Shown here in pieces: positions 1 to 10,387 of a stretch of 64,000 nucleotides of DNA. How positions within the stretch are numbered: position 1 is the first letter of the stretch; each line of letters starts with the position of its first letter. Origin of the DNA: a virus (taxonomy: Duplodnaviria > Caudoviricetes); the IMG/VR virus record IMGVR_UViG_3300032295_002421, positions 14,630 to 78,629 of that record; one strand, written 5' to 3'. The notes beneath the pieces were generated by a model that was given only the letters and a program-made list of their open reading frames with translations, searched no databases and was not told where the DNA came from. The position numbers were made by a program, and so were the translations under genes.

Positions 1-828
1 AAAAATTCTTTTTACATTATTACCATTCATAATAAACAAGATCTAATTCAAAAAGTTCTAGAAGGAGTAGTTAACTCCACAAAGGACTCAGAATACAAAG
101 TTAATATAATTTGTGTTTTAGATGGATGCACAGATAATTCTGAATCTATTATAGATGAATTTACTAAGACTATAGATCCTAGGTATGTAATCCATAAAAT
201 ATATCAAGATGATGTTCACGAATTATTGTCATTAAATGCCTCATTTAAGTACATAGAAACATTAGAACATTCGGAAGAAGATCTTATATTCTTACTCCAA
301 GATGATGTAATCTTACAAGAACCAGATCTAAATGAAATAATAGAATTACTATATAATCAAAATACAGAATTAGGATACGTTTCCTTTAGGTGTGGACTAC
401 TAACTAGTTTAGATCAACAAGGAGTTCTTTGTGAGCATTCATTTATAGAATCAACAGATGGACATTGGAAACAATTGAATCTAGATCATTTTATTGAAAT
501 GAATAATAAAGAGTTTGGCTTTATTGAGATTGTAATAAAAAGCCCAACATGCATAAAGAAAAAAGTTTTAGATAAGGTAGGATATTTTGATGAAAACCTA
601 GCTCCATTTGGCCATGACGATTTAGACTTATGTATAAGATTAAATAAACTAGGATATAAAAATGCCGTGTTTGGTGCAAGCTTCTCTAGTAAGTTAGATT
701 GGGGAGGTACTAGAGAGGAGAAAAACCAAGATAAAGAATATCATAAAAGTTATAATGAAATTATCTGGAGAAATAAAATATACTTAACAAATAAACACAG
801 AGATTATTATGAAGCTAAGCAAAAATAA
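1..828 (+). CDS. GT2-family glycosyltransferase (5' end at or just before window start)
   Basis: Frame is open from base 1 (KNSFYIITIHNKQDLI...VLDGCTDNS), in frame with ORF 226..828; QDDV DxD-like motif and GHDDLDLCIR acceptor motif. Confidence 0.8.
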   Translation, partial: KNSFYIITIHNKQDLIQKVLEGVVNSTKDSEYKVNIICVLDGCTDNSESIIDEFTKTIDPRYVIHKIYQDDVHELLSLNASFKYIETLEHSEEDLIFLLQDDVILQEPDLNEIIELLYNQNTELGYVSFRCGLLTSLDQQGVLCEHSFIESTDGHWKQLNLDHFIEMNNKEFGFIEIVIKSPTCIKKKVLDKVGYFDENLAPFGHDDLDLCIRLNKLGYKNAVFGASFSSKLDWGGTREEKNQDKEYHKSYNEIIWRNKIYLTNKHRDYYEAKQK

Positions 829-1567
829 ATTACATGAAGATTTTATAAAGTATTCTAAAGATTGGATAGATACAGTTGAAAATAATTCCTCAGTGTATGA
901 CTATTTTGAGAAGCAAGTAAATGATTATGACAGTTTATTTAACCACACAGAAATTGTTGCTAAGTATAAACTAGGATATGGAGAGAAAGCTTTTCGATAT
1001 TTGTGGGCATTAGTTTTTTCTCAAATGCCAAAAGAAGGAAAGTTTCTAGAGATCGGAGTATTTAAAGGATCTATATTAGCTTTATCTCAGCTCGTATCAA
1101 AAGAATTAGAACTGAACATATCAACATATGGATTAACACCCTTAAATAATACAGGAGATAAATACTCTGTGTATGATATAGATAACTATGAGTATGCCAT
1201 TTCATTTCTCTATCATAATTTAGGACTAACTATAGATAATACATTTATTATAGAAGGACTATCTACAGATGAAAATGCTAAGAATGGTGCTAAAGAGAAT
1301 GGACCGTATGATGTTGTTTATATAGATGGTGGTCATGACTATGAAACAGTTGTAAGTGACATTGATTTATCCACAGAGATACTAAAACCAGGTGGATTGT
1401 TAGTCATGGATGATGCATCTAGCTTATTAAACTTAGGTCCTAATCATAAAGGGTTTGCGGGCCACTTAGACGTAGGTCTTGCAATCAGAGATCATATCGA
1501 TACTAAAGATATCTACAAACATTTATTTGCTTGTGGACACAACAGAGTTTGGATTAAAAATAAATAG
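809..1567 (+). CDS. Class I SAM-dependent methyltransferase (Methyltransf_24-like)
   Basis: FLEIGVFKGS motif I; YIDGGHDYETVVSD...LKPGGLLVMDD. Confidence 0.85.
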   Translation: MKLSKNKLHEDFIKYSKDWIDTVENNSSVYDYFEKQVNDYDSLFNHTEIVAKYKLGYGEKAFRYLWALVFSQMPKEGKFLEIGVFKGSILALSQLVSKELELNISTYGLTPLNNTGDKYSVYDIDNYEYAISFLYHNLGLTIDNTFIIEGLSTDENAKNGAKENGPYDVVYIDGGHDYETVVSDIDLSTEILKPGGLLVMDDASSLLNLGPNHKGFAGHLDVGLAIRDHIDTKDIYKHLFACGHNRVWIKNK

Positions 1568-1568
1568 A

Positions 1569-2537
1569 ATGAATTATATAGTTGTAACGTCAATTAATGG
1601 AGTAACTGAAGCCATAAAAAAGTTTAGTAAGATAGATGATTGGAAAGTAGTTGTGGTTGGAGATTTAAAAAGCGTTACTTATCAACACGAGAATGTAAAA
1701 TTTTTAACAGTACAAGAACAACAAGACTTAGGCTTCAATATATTTAATACTACACCTTACAACCATTACTCAAGAAAAAACATTGGATATATATATTCAA
1801 TTGGTCAAGGAGCTGAATATGTATATGATACTGATGACGATACTATTCCATATAAAAACTGGGGTATAAAAGATTTTAAATGTGATAAAGCAATATTAGG
1901 AGATAAGTACATTAATCCATTTAGTTTTTTTACAGATCAAAATGTGTGGCCTAGAGGATATCATTTACCTTATATTAATAAAATACAACAATATACAAAA
2001 GAAGATGGAGATTATAATGTCGGAGTATGGCAAGGAATTATAGATGGTGATTCTGACTTTGATGCTATATATAGACTTATAATAAATAAACATATTAAGT
2101 TTAATGATCATGAAGATATTGTAATCTCTCCTAATTCATATTCTCCATTTAATACTCAAAGTACTTTATGGAATAAAAAACTTTATAGTTTAATGTATAT
2201 ACCTATAACTGTTGACTTTAGATTTACAGATATTTTAAGAGGCTACATTGCTCAAAGAATAATGTGGGATCATGGATATAGATTAGGGTTTCATTCTCCA
2301 AATACTTATCAAATTAGGAATGCTCATGACTACTATAAAGATTTTCTTGGAGAAATATCAATGTATCAAAACATTCCTAAAGTAGTTGAATTATTAGATC
2401 AAATAAAATTGCCTAATGATTCTATAGAAAAAGATTTGTTACTAATATATTCATCTTTAGAAAATAAAAATATTGTTAGTAAATTAGAAATAGAAAATTT
2501 AAATAATTGGATAAAAGATATAAATAGTTTAAAATGA
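1569..2537 (+). CDS. STELLO-like (DUF288) glycosyltransferase
   Basis: YIVVTSIN, VVVVGDLKS, PYNHYSRKNIGY, YDTDDD, WPRGY, DFDAIYRL, FRFTDILRGY motifs; start reset to ATG 1569. Confidence 0.7.
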   Translation: MNYIVVTSINGVTEAIKKFSKIDDWKVVVVGDLKSVTYQHENVKFLTVQEQQDLGFNIFNTTPYNHYSRKNIGYIYSIGQGAEYVYDTDDDTIPYKNWGIKDFKCDKAILGDKYINPFSFFTDQNVWPRGYHLPYINKIQQYTKEDGDYNVGVWQGIIDGDSDFDAIYRLIINKHIKFNDHEDIVISPNSYSPFNTQSTLWNKKLYSLMYIPITVDFRFTDILRGYIAQRIMWDHGYRLGFHSPNTYQIRNAHDYYKDFLGEISMYQNIPKVVELLDQIKLPNDSIEKDLLLIYSSLENKNIVSKLEIENLNNWIKDINSLK

Positions 2538-3490
2538 TAAAAGTAGTTTATGTAACAGGATGTTTAGGATTTATAGGATCTTATGTAACTAGGGCTTGTT
2601 TAGAAAAAGGTTGGTATGTAAGAGGCATAGATAAGTGTACTTATGCATCCAATGAAGATCTTTTATCTGAATTCACAAAAAAATATCCTGATAGATTTTC
2701 TTTTGAAAAAATAGATATTAATGACATGAAGTTTCTTTATGAGTGTGATTATATTATAAACACAGCAGCAGAAACCCATGTTGGAAATTCTATAGTAAGT
2801 AGTGATGAGTTCATACATTCTAATATAGATGGAGTTCATAATTTATTAGAGCTAATTAAAAACTATAGATTAGAATCTAATAGAAAACCTACTCTTCTGC
2901 ACTTTTCAACAGATGAAGTTTATGGAGATATAGATAAAGGTACACATACAGAAGCCGATTTATTAAAACCATCTAATCCATATTCAGCAACAAAAGCTGC
3001 AGCAGATATGTTAATACTTGCTTGGGCTAGAACATATAACCTACCCTATGTTATTGTTAGACCAACCAATAATTATGGAATTGGACAGTATGTAGAAAAG
3101 TTAATTCCTAAGTCTTGTAAAATGTTGCACTTAGGAAAAAAGATATCGTTACATAATAACGGAACTCCTATAAGAAATTGGCTTCATGCAGCAGATACTG
3201 CCAAAGCAGTAATAACAATTATAGAGTCTGGCGTTCAAAATGAAATTTATAATATAGCCGGGGGATTTGAACAATCAAATTATGACACTGTAAAGAAAGT
3301 TATAAAAGAATTTAATGGATCTGATTATATTGAAAAATATCTAGATCTATCTTATTCCAGAATAGGGCAGGACATTAGATACGCATTAGATGATTCTAAA
3401 TTAAAAAATTTAGGTTGGAAACCTACTATGAAGTTTGATGAAGAAATTTCAAAAATAATTGATTATTATAGAAATAGGTTTATATGGTAA
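2534..3490 (+). CDS. rmlB: dTDP-glucose 4,6-dehydratase
   Basis: TGCLGFIGS, AAETHV, STDEVYG, YSATK, NNYG, GQDIRYALD: classic RmlB motifs. Confidence 0.85.
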   Translation: MIKVVYVTGCLGFIGSYVTRACLEKGWYVRGIDKCTYASNEDLLSEFTKKYPDRFSFEKIDINDMKFLYECDYIINTAAETHVGNSIVSSDEFIHSNIDGVHNLLELIKNYRLESNRKPTLLHFSTDEVYGDIDKGTHTEADLLKPSNPYSATKAAADMLILAWARTYNLPYVIVRPTNNYGIGQYVEKLIPKSCKMLHLGKKISLHNNGTPIRNWLHAADTAKAVITIIESGVQNEIYNIAGGFEQSNYDTVKKVIKEFNGSDYIEKYLDLSYSRIGQDIRYALDDSKLKNLGWKPTMKFDEEISKIIDYYRNRFIW

Positions 3491-3520
3491 ATAATATTCA
3501 AATATAAATAAAATACACGT

Positions 3521-4180
3521 ATGATAACACTAGATGAATTAGCGAACAAGCATAACACAGATAAAGGAACAAAATATGGACATGTAACGGTTCATGGATA
3601 TGCTCCAATATATGAAAATTACCTATCTAAATGGAAAGATAAATCTATTAGACTTTTAGAAGTAGGAATCTGCATGGAGCATACAACAGGAGGACATTCA
3701 GTAAGAATGTGGCATGAGTATTTTAAAAATGCTTCTATCTATACTTTTGATATAGCGGATATGAAACATTTAGAAACAGAATTAGGAAATAGAGTTAAAT
3801 TTTATAAAGGAGATCAGAGTGTTAGATCAGATTTTGAAAACATGTATAAAGAATTTGGTTCTGAAAACTTTGATTTTATTTTAGAAGACGGTTCACATAT
3901 ACACCAACATCAGATAATATCATTTGGCCATTTATTTAAATACGTTAAACCTGGAGGTTATTACATATTAGAAGATGTAACTGAAGAAGGATATCCAGTT
4001 TGCTGTATAAGAAATGATGAAACATTTAAATTCATAAAAAAATTAAAAAATGAAAATATAGTTGAATCTGAATGGTTAACTAAAGAAGAATCAGAATATC
4101 TACAAAAAAATATTAAACAAATAGATATTCATGAAGATATACAAAACGCTTATAGAACTATAATCATACACAAAAAATAA
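3521..4180 (+). CDS. Sugar O-methyltransferase (MycE/TylE-like class I)
   Basis: HNTDK..HGY..IYE, LLEVGI, SVRMWHEYF, ILEDGSH, KPGGYYILED. Confidence 0.75.
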   Translation: MITLDELANKHNTDKGTKYGHVTVHGYAPIYENYLSKWKDKSIRLLEVGICMEHTTGGHSVRMWHEYFKNASIYTFDIADMKHLETELGNRVKFYKGDQSVRSDFENMYKEFGSENFDFILEDGSHIHQHQIISFGHLFKYVKPGGYYILEDVTEEGYPVCCIRNDETFKFIKKLKNENIVESEWLTKEESEYLQKNIKQIDIHEDIQNAYRTIIIHKK

Positions 4181-4183
4181 TTT

Positions 4184-4984
4184 ATGAATACTAGAGAATT
4201 TAAATGTTCAAAGATACTAACTGATCTTGTAGAGAACGACGGCCTAATAGGAATTAAGACAAGCTTTGAAGATGAAGGAGCTACATTTAATGAAACAATT
4301 AGATTAAAAGAAGTTTGCAATCAATCAAAAGTCAAACTCAATCTTAAAATAGGAGGGCCAGAAGCTATAAGAGATATGAAAGATTTATCAATTATAGGAG
4401 TGAAAGGCGTAGTTGCTCCTATGGTAGAATCAGGATTTGCATTAAAAAAGTTTGTAGACTCGATCAATAAAACCCTCCCCCAGGATATTATATCATCATT
4501 GCAACTCTTTATTAATGTAGAAACAAAACAAGCAGTGGAAAACATAGATTCTATTCTATCTATGAAAGAAGCAGATACATTGTATGCTATTACAGTAGGT
4601 AGAGTTGATTTAGTTTCTTCAATGGGAAAAGATAGATCTTATGTAAATAGTAATGAGGTTTTTGAAATGACAAAATCAGTATTTACTAAAGTAAAAGAAA
4701 AAGGATTAAAAGCTTGTCTAGGTGGAGCGGTATCTGTAGAGTCATTAGAGTTTCTTAAAAAACTAAATTCAGAAAGGTTATTAGATAAATTTGAAACTAG
4801 ATATGCAATATTTGATCCATCAATAACGCTTAAGAATTTATCTAGGGCGCTATCTAAAGCGCAGATGTTTGAATATGAATGGTTGATGGCAAAGCATGAA
4901 TATTATACTATGAATGCTAATTATGATCTCAATAGAATTAAAATGATTCAAGATAGAATTAATCAATCTATAGACTTTAAATAA
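4184..4984 (+). CDS. HpcH/HpaI aldolase / citrate-lyase-like protein
   Basis: KIGGPEAIRD, GVVAPMVES, INVET, ITVGRVDL. Confidence 0.75.
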   Translation: MNTREFKCSKILTDLVENDGLIGIKTSFEDEGATFNETIRLKEVCNQSKVKLNLKIGGPEAIRDMKDLSIIGVKGVVAPMVESGFALKKFVDSINKTLPQDIISSLQLFINVETKQAVENIDSILSMKEADTLYAITVGRVDLVSSMGKDRSYVNSNEVFEMTKSVFTKVKEKGLKACLGGAVSVESLEFLKKLNSERLLDKFETRYAIFDPSITLKNLSRALSKAQMFEYEWLMAKHEYYTMNANYDLNRIKMIQDRINQSIDFK

Positions 4985-5616
4985 TGAAAGTATTAGTTAC
5001 AGGATCATCTAAAGGAATAGGAAAAAGAATAGATACCTTATTTAGTATTAATGGCCATGATGTGTATGCTCCTAATAGAGATGAACTAGATCTATCTAAA
5101 GACTTTAATTTAAACAGAACTGACTTTGATGTTGTTATAAATAATGCAGGGATAAATCCTTTGAATACTATTAGAGACATGGACCAAGAATTGGTCATGA
5201 GAGTAAACTACTATTCTCCTTTAAAAATAATCCAGCAGTGTTTACCATATATGATAAATCAAAAGTGTGGTCATATTATAAACATAGGTTCTATATGGTC
5301 TAATATAGCAAAGGAAAAGAGAGCGGCATATTCTGCAAGTAAGTCTGCTTTAGAATCACTAGCAAGATCAATAACATCAGAATACGGAAAGTATGGTATA
5401 TTAGCAAATACAGTATCTCCTGGTTTTATTTTAACTGATCTTACAAAACAAAATAATACAGAAGATCAGATAAAAGACTTAGAGAAAAATATACCGCTTA
5501 ATAAATTAGGAACAGTTAATGATATAGCTAGTTTCGTTTATTTTTTAGCCACTCAAAATTCATACATAACAGGACAAAATATAATAATTGATGGAGGTTA
5601 TTCATGCGTAGCTTAA
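4984..5616 (+). CDS. Short-chain dehydrogenase/reductase (FabG-like)
   Basis: TGSSKGIG, NNAG, YSASK catalytic motif, VSPGFI, ITGQNIIIDGG. Confidence 0.9.
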   Translation: MKVLVTGSSKGIGKRIDTLFSINGHDVYAPNRDELDLSKDFNLNRTDFDVVINNAGINPLNTIRDMDQELVMRVNYYSPLKIIQQCLPYMINQKCGHIINIGSIWSNIAKEKRAAYSASKSALESLARSITSEYGKYGILANTVSPGFILTDLTKQNNTEDQIKDLEKNIPLNKLGTVNDIASFVYFLATQNSYITGQNIIIDGGYSCVA

Positions 5617-6632
5617 ATATAAAATCTAAGTTTGGACAGTACTCTGTTAAATTCTATAATCAAGTTTCTGATATACAAGAATTTATACAGGACGGTATTG
5701 TAATTGTGGATTCTAAAGTCTATGAATTATATAAAGATTATCTTCCTGTAGATTCTATTTTATTTGATTGCATTGAACAAAATAAAACTTTAGACGGATC
5801 TGTAACCATATTCAGAGAGTTAATAAAAAGAAAAATAAAATCTAATGGTAAAGTAATTGCTATAGGAGGAGGAATACTTCAAGATGTGGTTGGATTCGTA
5901 TGTTCAACATATTGTAGAGGAATACAATATGATCTAGTTCCGACTACTCTATTATCTCAATGTGATAGTTGTATAGGCGGCAAAACATCTATAAATTTTG
6001 AATCAGTAAAAAATATATTAGGTACATTCTATCCTCCTAATAATATATTAATATGCCCAGAATTTATTAAGACTCTTACAAATGAAGATCAATTGAGTGG
6101 AATGGGAGAGTTAATTAAATTTAACATCTTAAAAAACACAATAGGTAATATAAAAAATAATATTGATTTAATTAGTATGATATATGATGGACTTTCATAT
6201 AAAGCATCAATCATACAAATAGATGAGTTTGATAAGAAAGAAAGAAAATTTTTAAACTTTGGTCATACTTTTGGTCACGCTTTAGAATCTACTTCTGACT
6301 ATAATATTCCTCATGGAACTGCAGTTTTGTTTGGTATATTAATAGCAAATAAAGTATCTAATTTTTTAGGACTCTTAAGTTTAAATAAAGAATCAGAATT
6401 ATTTGATTTAATTTACCCATATATAAAACATCAAAAAATAGAAGAGGATTGGTTTAATTTTGACAATCTTATTTCTATTATAAAACATGACAAGAAAAAT
6501 ACAGGCACTATAAATATGGTTCTATTGACAGATAAAGATCCTAAAATAGTTCCTATAGAATCAGAAGAAAAATTACAGTTAGCACTAAAAAATATTTATG
6601 CGTCTATCAGATTATGTAATAAAATATCTTAA
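5604..6632 (+). CDS. 3-dehydroquinate synthase-like sugar-phosphate cyclase
   Basis: GGGILQD, RG..PTTLLSQCDSCIGGKT, KN..G.F.PP, LNFGHTFGHALE, HGTAV, DKK all intact. Confidence 0.85.
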   Translation: MRSLNIKSKFGQYSVKFYNQVSDIQEFIQDGIVIVDSKVYELYKDYLPVDSILFDCIEQNKTLDGSVTIFRELIKRKIKSNGKVIAIGGGILQDVVGFVCSTYCRGIQYDLVPTTLLSQCDSCIGGKTSINFESVKNILGTFYPPNNILICPEFIKTLTNEDQLSGMGELIKFNILKNTIGNIKNNIDLISMIYDGLSYKASIIQIDEFDKKERKFLNFGHTFGHALESTSDYNIPHGTAVLFGILIANKVSNFLGLLSLNKESELFDLIYPYIKHQKIEEDWFNFDNLISIIKHDKKNTGTINMVLLTDKDPKIVPIESEEKLQLALKNIYASIRLCNKIS

Positions 6633-8340
6633 AGATAATTACCAAGTAGATACAGTATTCACAGTCTCAGGTGGTGGTTGTATATTCTTAGTGGACTCCC
6701 TAACCAATATAGAGGGGGTTAATTATATAGCTACGCATCACGAACAAGCAGCAGCCATTGCAGCAGAAGGGTATTCTAGAATGCATAATAAATTAGGAGC
6801 GTGTGTAGTTACTAGTGGTCCTGGTGGAACTAATGCTATTACAGGTGTATTAGGAGCTTGGTTAGATTCTATTCCTATAATAGTGATTAGCGGTCAAGTA
6901 AATAAGGAAATGACTACTAATTACAACAATCTATATAACCTAAGACAATTAGGAGATCAAGAGTTTAATATAGTCGAGTCTGTAAAGAATATGACAAAGT
7001 ATGCAGCACAAGTCAATAATCCAGAAGATATAAAATACCATTTAGATACTGCATGTAAACTAGCAACCTCACAAAGACCAGGACCTGTATGGTTAGATAT
7101 ACCACTGAATGTCCAATCGACGAATATAAATCCAGATGAGTTAATAGGCAATGATTCAGTAGAAGATACAGAACAGGTTAAGTGTCCTGATAGTATATTA
7201 GATAAAGTTGCAGAAGAATTGAACAAGTCTAAAAAACCACTCTTAATAGTTGGTAATGGAGTTAGACTTTCAAGTGGTGTAGATCAACTTAAAAAGTTTA
7301 TTAGTAAAATAAAAATACCTGTCATATCTTCAGTAAATGGAAATGATCTGATTAATGACGATTATGAAGGATATGCTGGCAGATTTGGAACTCATGCACA
7401 AATATGTGCAAACAATCTTATATCTGAAGCAGACCTTATTTTATCTGTGGGTTCTAGATTATATGTAAGACAAACAGGTTACAATTTTAAAGGGTTTGCA
7501 GAGAATGCGTGTAAGATATATGTGGATGTAGATATTAATGAACTAAATAAACCAACGTTATATCCAGATATTGCTATACATTCAGATGCTAAGTTCTTTT
7601 TAGAACAAATGATAGATAAAGATATAAATACTATAGATAAAGAATGGTTAGATTATTGTTCTAATAAGTATAAAGAAACACCAACTGTTTTACAAAGACA
7701 TAGAAACAAGAAAGATTTTGTTAGTCACTATCATTTTGTAGAAACTTTAGGATCTCTATTAAAACCAACAGACCATGTAGTTACAAGTGACGGTACAGCA
7801 AATGTTGCGACCATGCAAGTATTAAAACTTAAAGGAGATCAGAGACTAATAACAAATACAGGAAATGCTCCTATGGGTTATGGTCTTCCTGCGGCAATTG
7901 GTGCGGCATCAACAAAAATACCTGTAGTTTGTATAGAAGGAGATGGAAGTTTACATTTAAATGTACACGAACTACAAACAGTTAAACATTATAATTTACC
8001 AATAAAGATAATTCTATTTAATAATGATGGATATACATCTATAAAGATATCACAAAAAGCTTTCTTTAATGGTAAGTTTGTAGCATCAGAAAAGAATAGC
8101 GGTGTTTCATTCCCTAATTTTAAAAAGCTTATTAATGCTTATGATCTTAAATATATGTCTATAGAAAATCATAGTTTGATGAAAGATATTTTAAAACAAT
8201 TTCTTTCTTTGGAAGGTCCTGCAGTATTAGAAGTGTTTACCGATCCTGAAGAATTCCACGAACCTAAAGTTGTTGCTAAGTTAGGATCCGATGGTAAATT
8301 TATTCCTGGTAATTTACAAGATATAAAATGGATACAATGA
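6598..8340 (+). CDS. ThDP-dependent acetolactate-synthase-like enzyme (YerE-like)
   Basis: HHEQAAAIAAEGY, TSGPGGTN, RPGPVWLDIP, MGYGLPAAIG, EGDGSL...NN ThDP motif. Confidence 0.9.
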   Translation: MRLSDYVIKYLKDNYQVDTVFTVSGGGCIFLVDSLTNIEGVNYIATHHEQAAAIAAEGYSRMHNKLGACVVTSGPGGTNAITGVLGAWLDSIPIIVISGQVNKEMTTNYNNLYNLRQLGDQEFNIVESVKNMTKYAAQVNNPEDIKYHLDTACKLATSQRPGPVWLDIPLNVQSTNINPDELIGNDSVEDTEQVKCPDSILDKVAEELNKSKKPLLIVGNGVRLSSGVDQLKKFISKIKIPVISSVNGNDLINDDYEGYAGRFGTHAQICANNLISEADLILSVGSRLYVRQTGYNFKGFAENACKIYVDVDINELNKPTLYPDIAIHSDAKFFLEQMIDKDINTIDKEWLDYCSNKYKETPTVLQRHRNKKDFVSHYHFVETLGSLLKPTDHVVTSDGTANVATMQVLKLKGDQRLITNTGNAPMGYGLPAAIGAASTKIPVVCIEGDGSLHLNVHELQTVKHYNLPIKIILFNNDGYTSIKISQKAFFNGKFVASEKNSGVSFPNFKKLINAYDLKYMSIENHSLMKDILKQFLSLEGPAVLEVFTDPEEFHEPKVVAKLGSDGKFIPGNLQDIKWIQ

Positions 8341-9116
8341 AAATATTAATAACAGGAGCTAATGGATATATAGGAAATTCTTTATATAGATCTTTAAAAG
8401 ATTTACATGAAGTTTCTACTATAACTAGAGAAAATTGTGATTTAACAGATCAAAATAGTGTTAATTTATATTTTAAAAATAAATGGTTTGATGTAGTTAT
8501 ACACTGTGCAGTATCTGGAGGTAACAGATTAAAACCAGAAAACTCTCAAGTTATAGACTCTAATCTAATGATGTACTATAATTTATTATACAATAAAAAA
8601 TGTTTTAATAAATTAATACATTTTGGATCAGGAGCTGAATTTCATAGATGGTGGACTCCATATGGTTTAAGTAAAAAATTAATAAGCTCATCAATATCTG
8701 GCCAAGATAATTTTTATAACTTAATAATATATGGATTATTTGATGAATTTGAATTAGATAGAAGATTTATTAAGTCTAATTTAAAAAGGTATATAAATAA
8801 AGAACCAATGCAAATAGATGATAATAACTATATGGATTTTTTTTATATGCAAGACTTAATACAAGTAGTAAATTATTGCATAGAAAATGAAAGTCCTCCA
8901 AAATATATAAATTGCGTTTATAAAGAAAATTTAACCTTAAAAAATATAGCCGATTTTATAAATACCTTAAATGATTATAAAGTAGACATAAAAATAAATG
9001 GATCGGAATTTCCAATTGAAGGGTATACTAGTTTTAATAAAGATTTAAAATTACCATTTGTAGGACTTCAACAAGGAATAATAAACACGTATAATAAATT
9101 AAAATGGAACCAATAA
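8337..9116 (+). CDS. NAD-dependent epimerase/dehydratase
   Basis: MKILITGANGYIG, HCA..GG, GSGAEF, YGLSK; ATGA overlap with upstream stop. Confidence 0.85.
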   Translation: MKILITGANGYIGNSLYRSLKDLHEVSTITRENCDLTDQNSVNLYFKNKWFDVVIHCAVSGGNRLKPENSQVIDSNLMMYYNLLYNKKCFNKLIHFGSGAEFHRWWTPYGLSKKLISSSISGQDNFYNLIIYGLFDEFELDRRFIKSNLKRYINKEPMQIDDNNYMDFFYMQDLIQVVNYCIENESPPKYINCVYKENLTLKNIADFINTLNDYKVDIKINGSEFPIEGYTSFNKDLKLPFVGLQQGIINTYNKLKWNQ

Positions 9117-10387
9117 GTTTTATAACAAACACAGGAGCTAACACTTTAGAATATACTAAATTACTATTAGAATCTTTAAAAATTAATTTAGTTGGTAAAG
9201 AACATGAGATTATAGTTTTTATAGATAAAGATAATGATGGAACATATCAATATCTTAAAAGTATTAAAAAAGATTTTTACGATTTAAAAATAGTAACACA
9301 TAAACTTAAAGGGCCAGTAGGATATCAAAGGAACTCCAATCTTCTTGTTGATATAGCTAAACATAATATAGTTAGTTATCTTCAAAGTGATATGGTTATA
9401 TCACCAAATTATGATATAGACATACTATCTGAAATAGAAGATGATTGTATAATAAGTTCAACTAGAGTAGAACCACCACTTCATGGTCCATCTAATGTTG
9501 TAATAATAAAAGATTTTGGCGTAGATCCTTTACAATTCAATATAGAAGATTGGAATTCATATTCTATTACTGTAAAGGAAAATAAAGTAGCTGAATACTT
9601 TTTTGCTCCATATACTTTTTATAAAAAAACATGGCAAAAGATCGGAGGCTATGATACTATATTTAGAAGATCTAGAGAGGATTCAGATTTTGTACAAAGA
9701 TGTGTTCAATCTGGAATAAAGTTAAAACAAACATTTAAACCAGTTGTTTATCATTTTACTTGTGTAAGTTCTAGAGGAAAAAATTGGTTTGATGAAAACA
9801 ATAAAGAAGCAAAAGAAAGAGTAGAATTACAAAAAATTGCAGACGGAATAGAGATAAGAAGATTCTTAAAAAAATGGGGAGGTTTTAATCATGGAGAAAG
9901 TAAGTTAAAAAAATTAGATATAGATCTTGTAGTAAAAGACAATAAACAATTAAACCCAATGTTCTTAGCTCAATTAGAAGTTTATTGTTCTAGAGTATGG
10001 TTGAAATCAAAAGAAGAGGTGGATGTTTTAATTCAAATCCTAAGTAACGAACAAGATCCAGCTAATACACTTTTAGGATATACTAATGAAGGTTGGGAAG
10101 AAGCTAAACACTTATTTAGAACTACAGACTTTAAGTCTATTTATAGAGTTGGACAACCTGTAGATTTTAATATAAAAATAGAAGTAAACTTTGAAAATAT
10201 AGATCCATCTAAAGATGAATTCATACAAAATATAACGCGTTTAAGTGACATTCTGGAAGGTTCTGAACCTGGAATATATGAACTAGGATCCGCCAAAATA
10301 GAGATCAGAAATATGGTAGATTTAACCCAGGAGCAAATTATAGTTAATAATCCAAAATTTGATTTTTCACTTTTAAATATAGAATAA
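9104..10387 (+). CDS. GT2-family glycosyltransferase
   Basis: HEIIVFIDKDNDGT, LQSDM, GGYD.IF...REDSDF, VYHF. Confidence 0.8.
   Translation: MEPISFITNTGANTLEYTKLLLESLKINLVGKEHEIIVFIDKDNDGTYQYLKSIKKDFYDLKIVTHKLKGPVGYQRNSNLLVDIAKHNIVSYLQSDMVISPNYDIDILSEIEDDCIISSTRVEPPLHGPSNVVIIKDFGVDPLQFNIEDWNSYSITVKENKVAEYFFAPYTFYKKTWQKIGGYDTIFRRSREDSDFVQRCVQSGIKLKQTFKPVVYHFTCVSSRGKNWFDENNKEAKERVELQKIADGIEIRRFLKKWGGFNHGESKLKKLDIDLVVKDNKQLNPMFLAQLEVYCSRVWLKSKEEVDVLIQILSNEQDPANTLLGYTNEGWEEAKHLFRTTDFKSIYRVGQPVDFNIKIEVNFENIDPSKDEFIQNITRLSDILEGSEPGIYELGSAKIEIRNMVDLTQEQIIVNNPKFDFSLLNIE

Noticed and set aside
5604-8340. aroB and ilvB as amino-acid biosynthesis auxiliary metabolic genes
   Set aside because: No partner pathway genes or ALS small subunit in the window; embedded among NDP-sugar and GT genes, so gene symbols withheld
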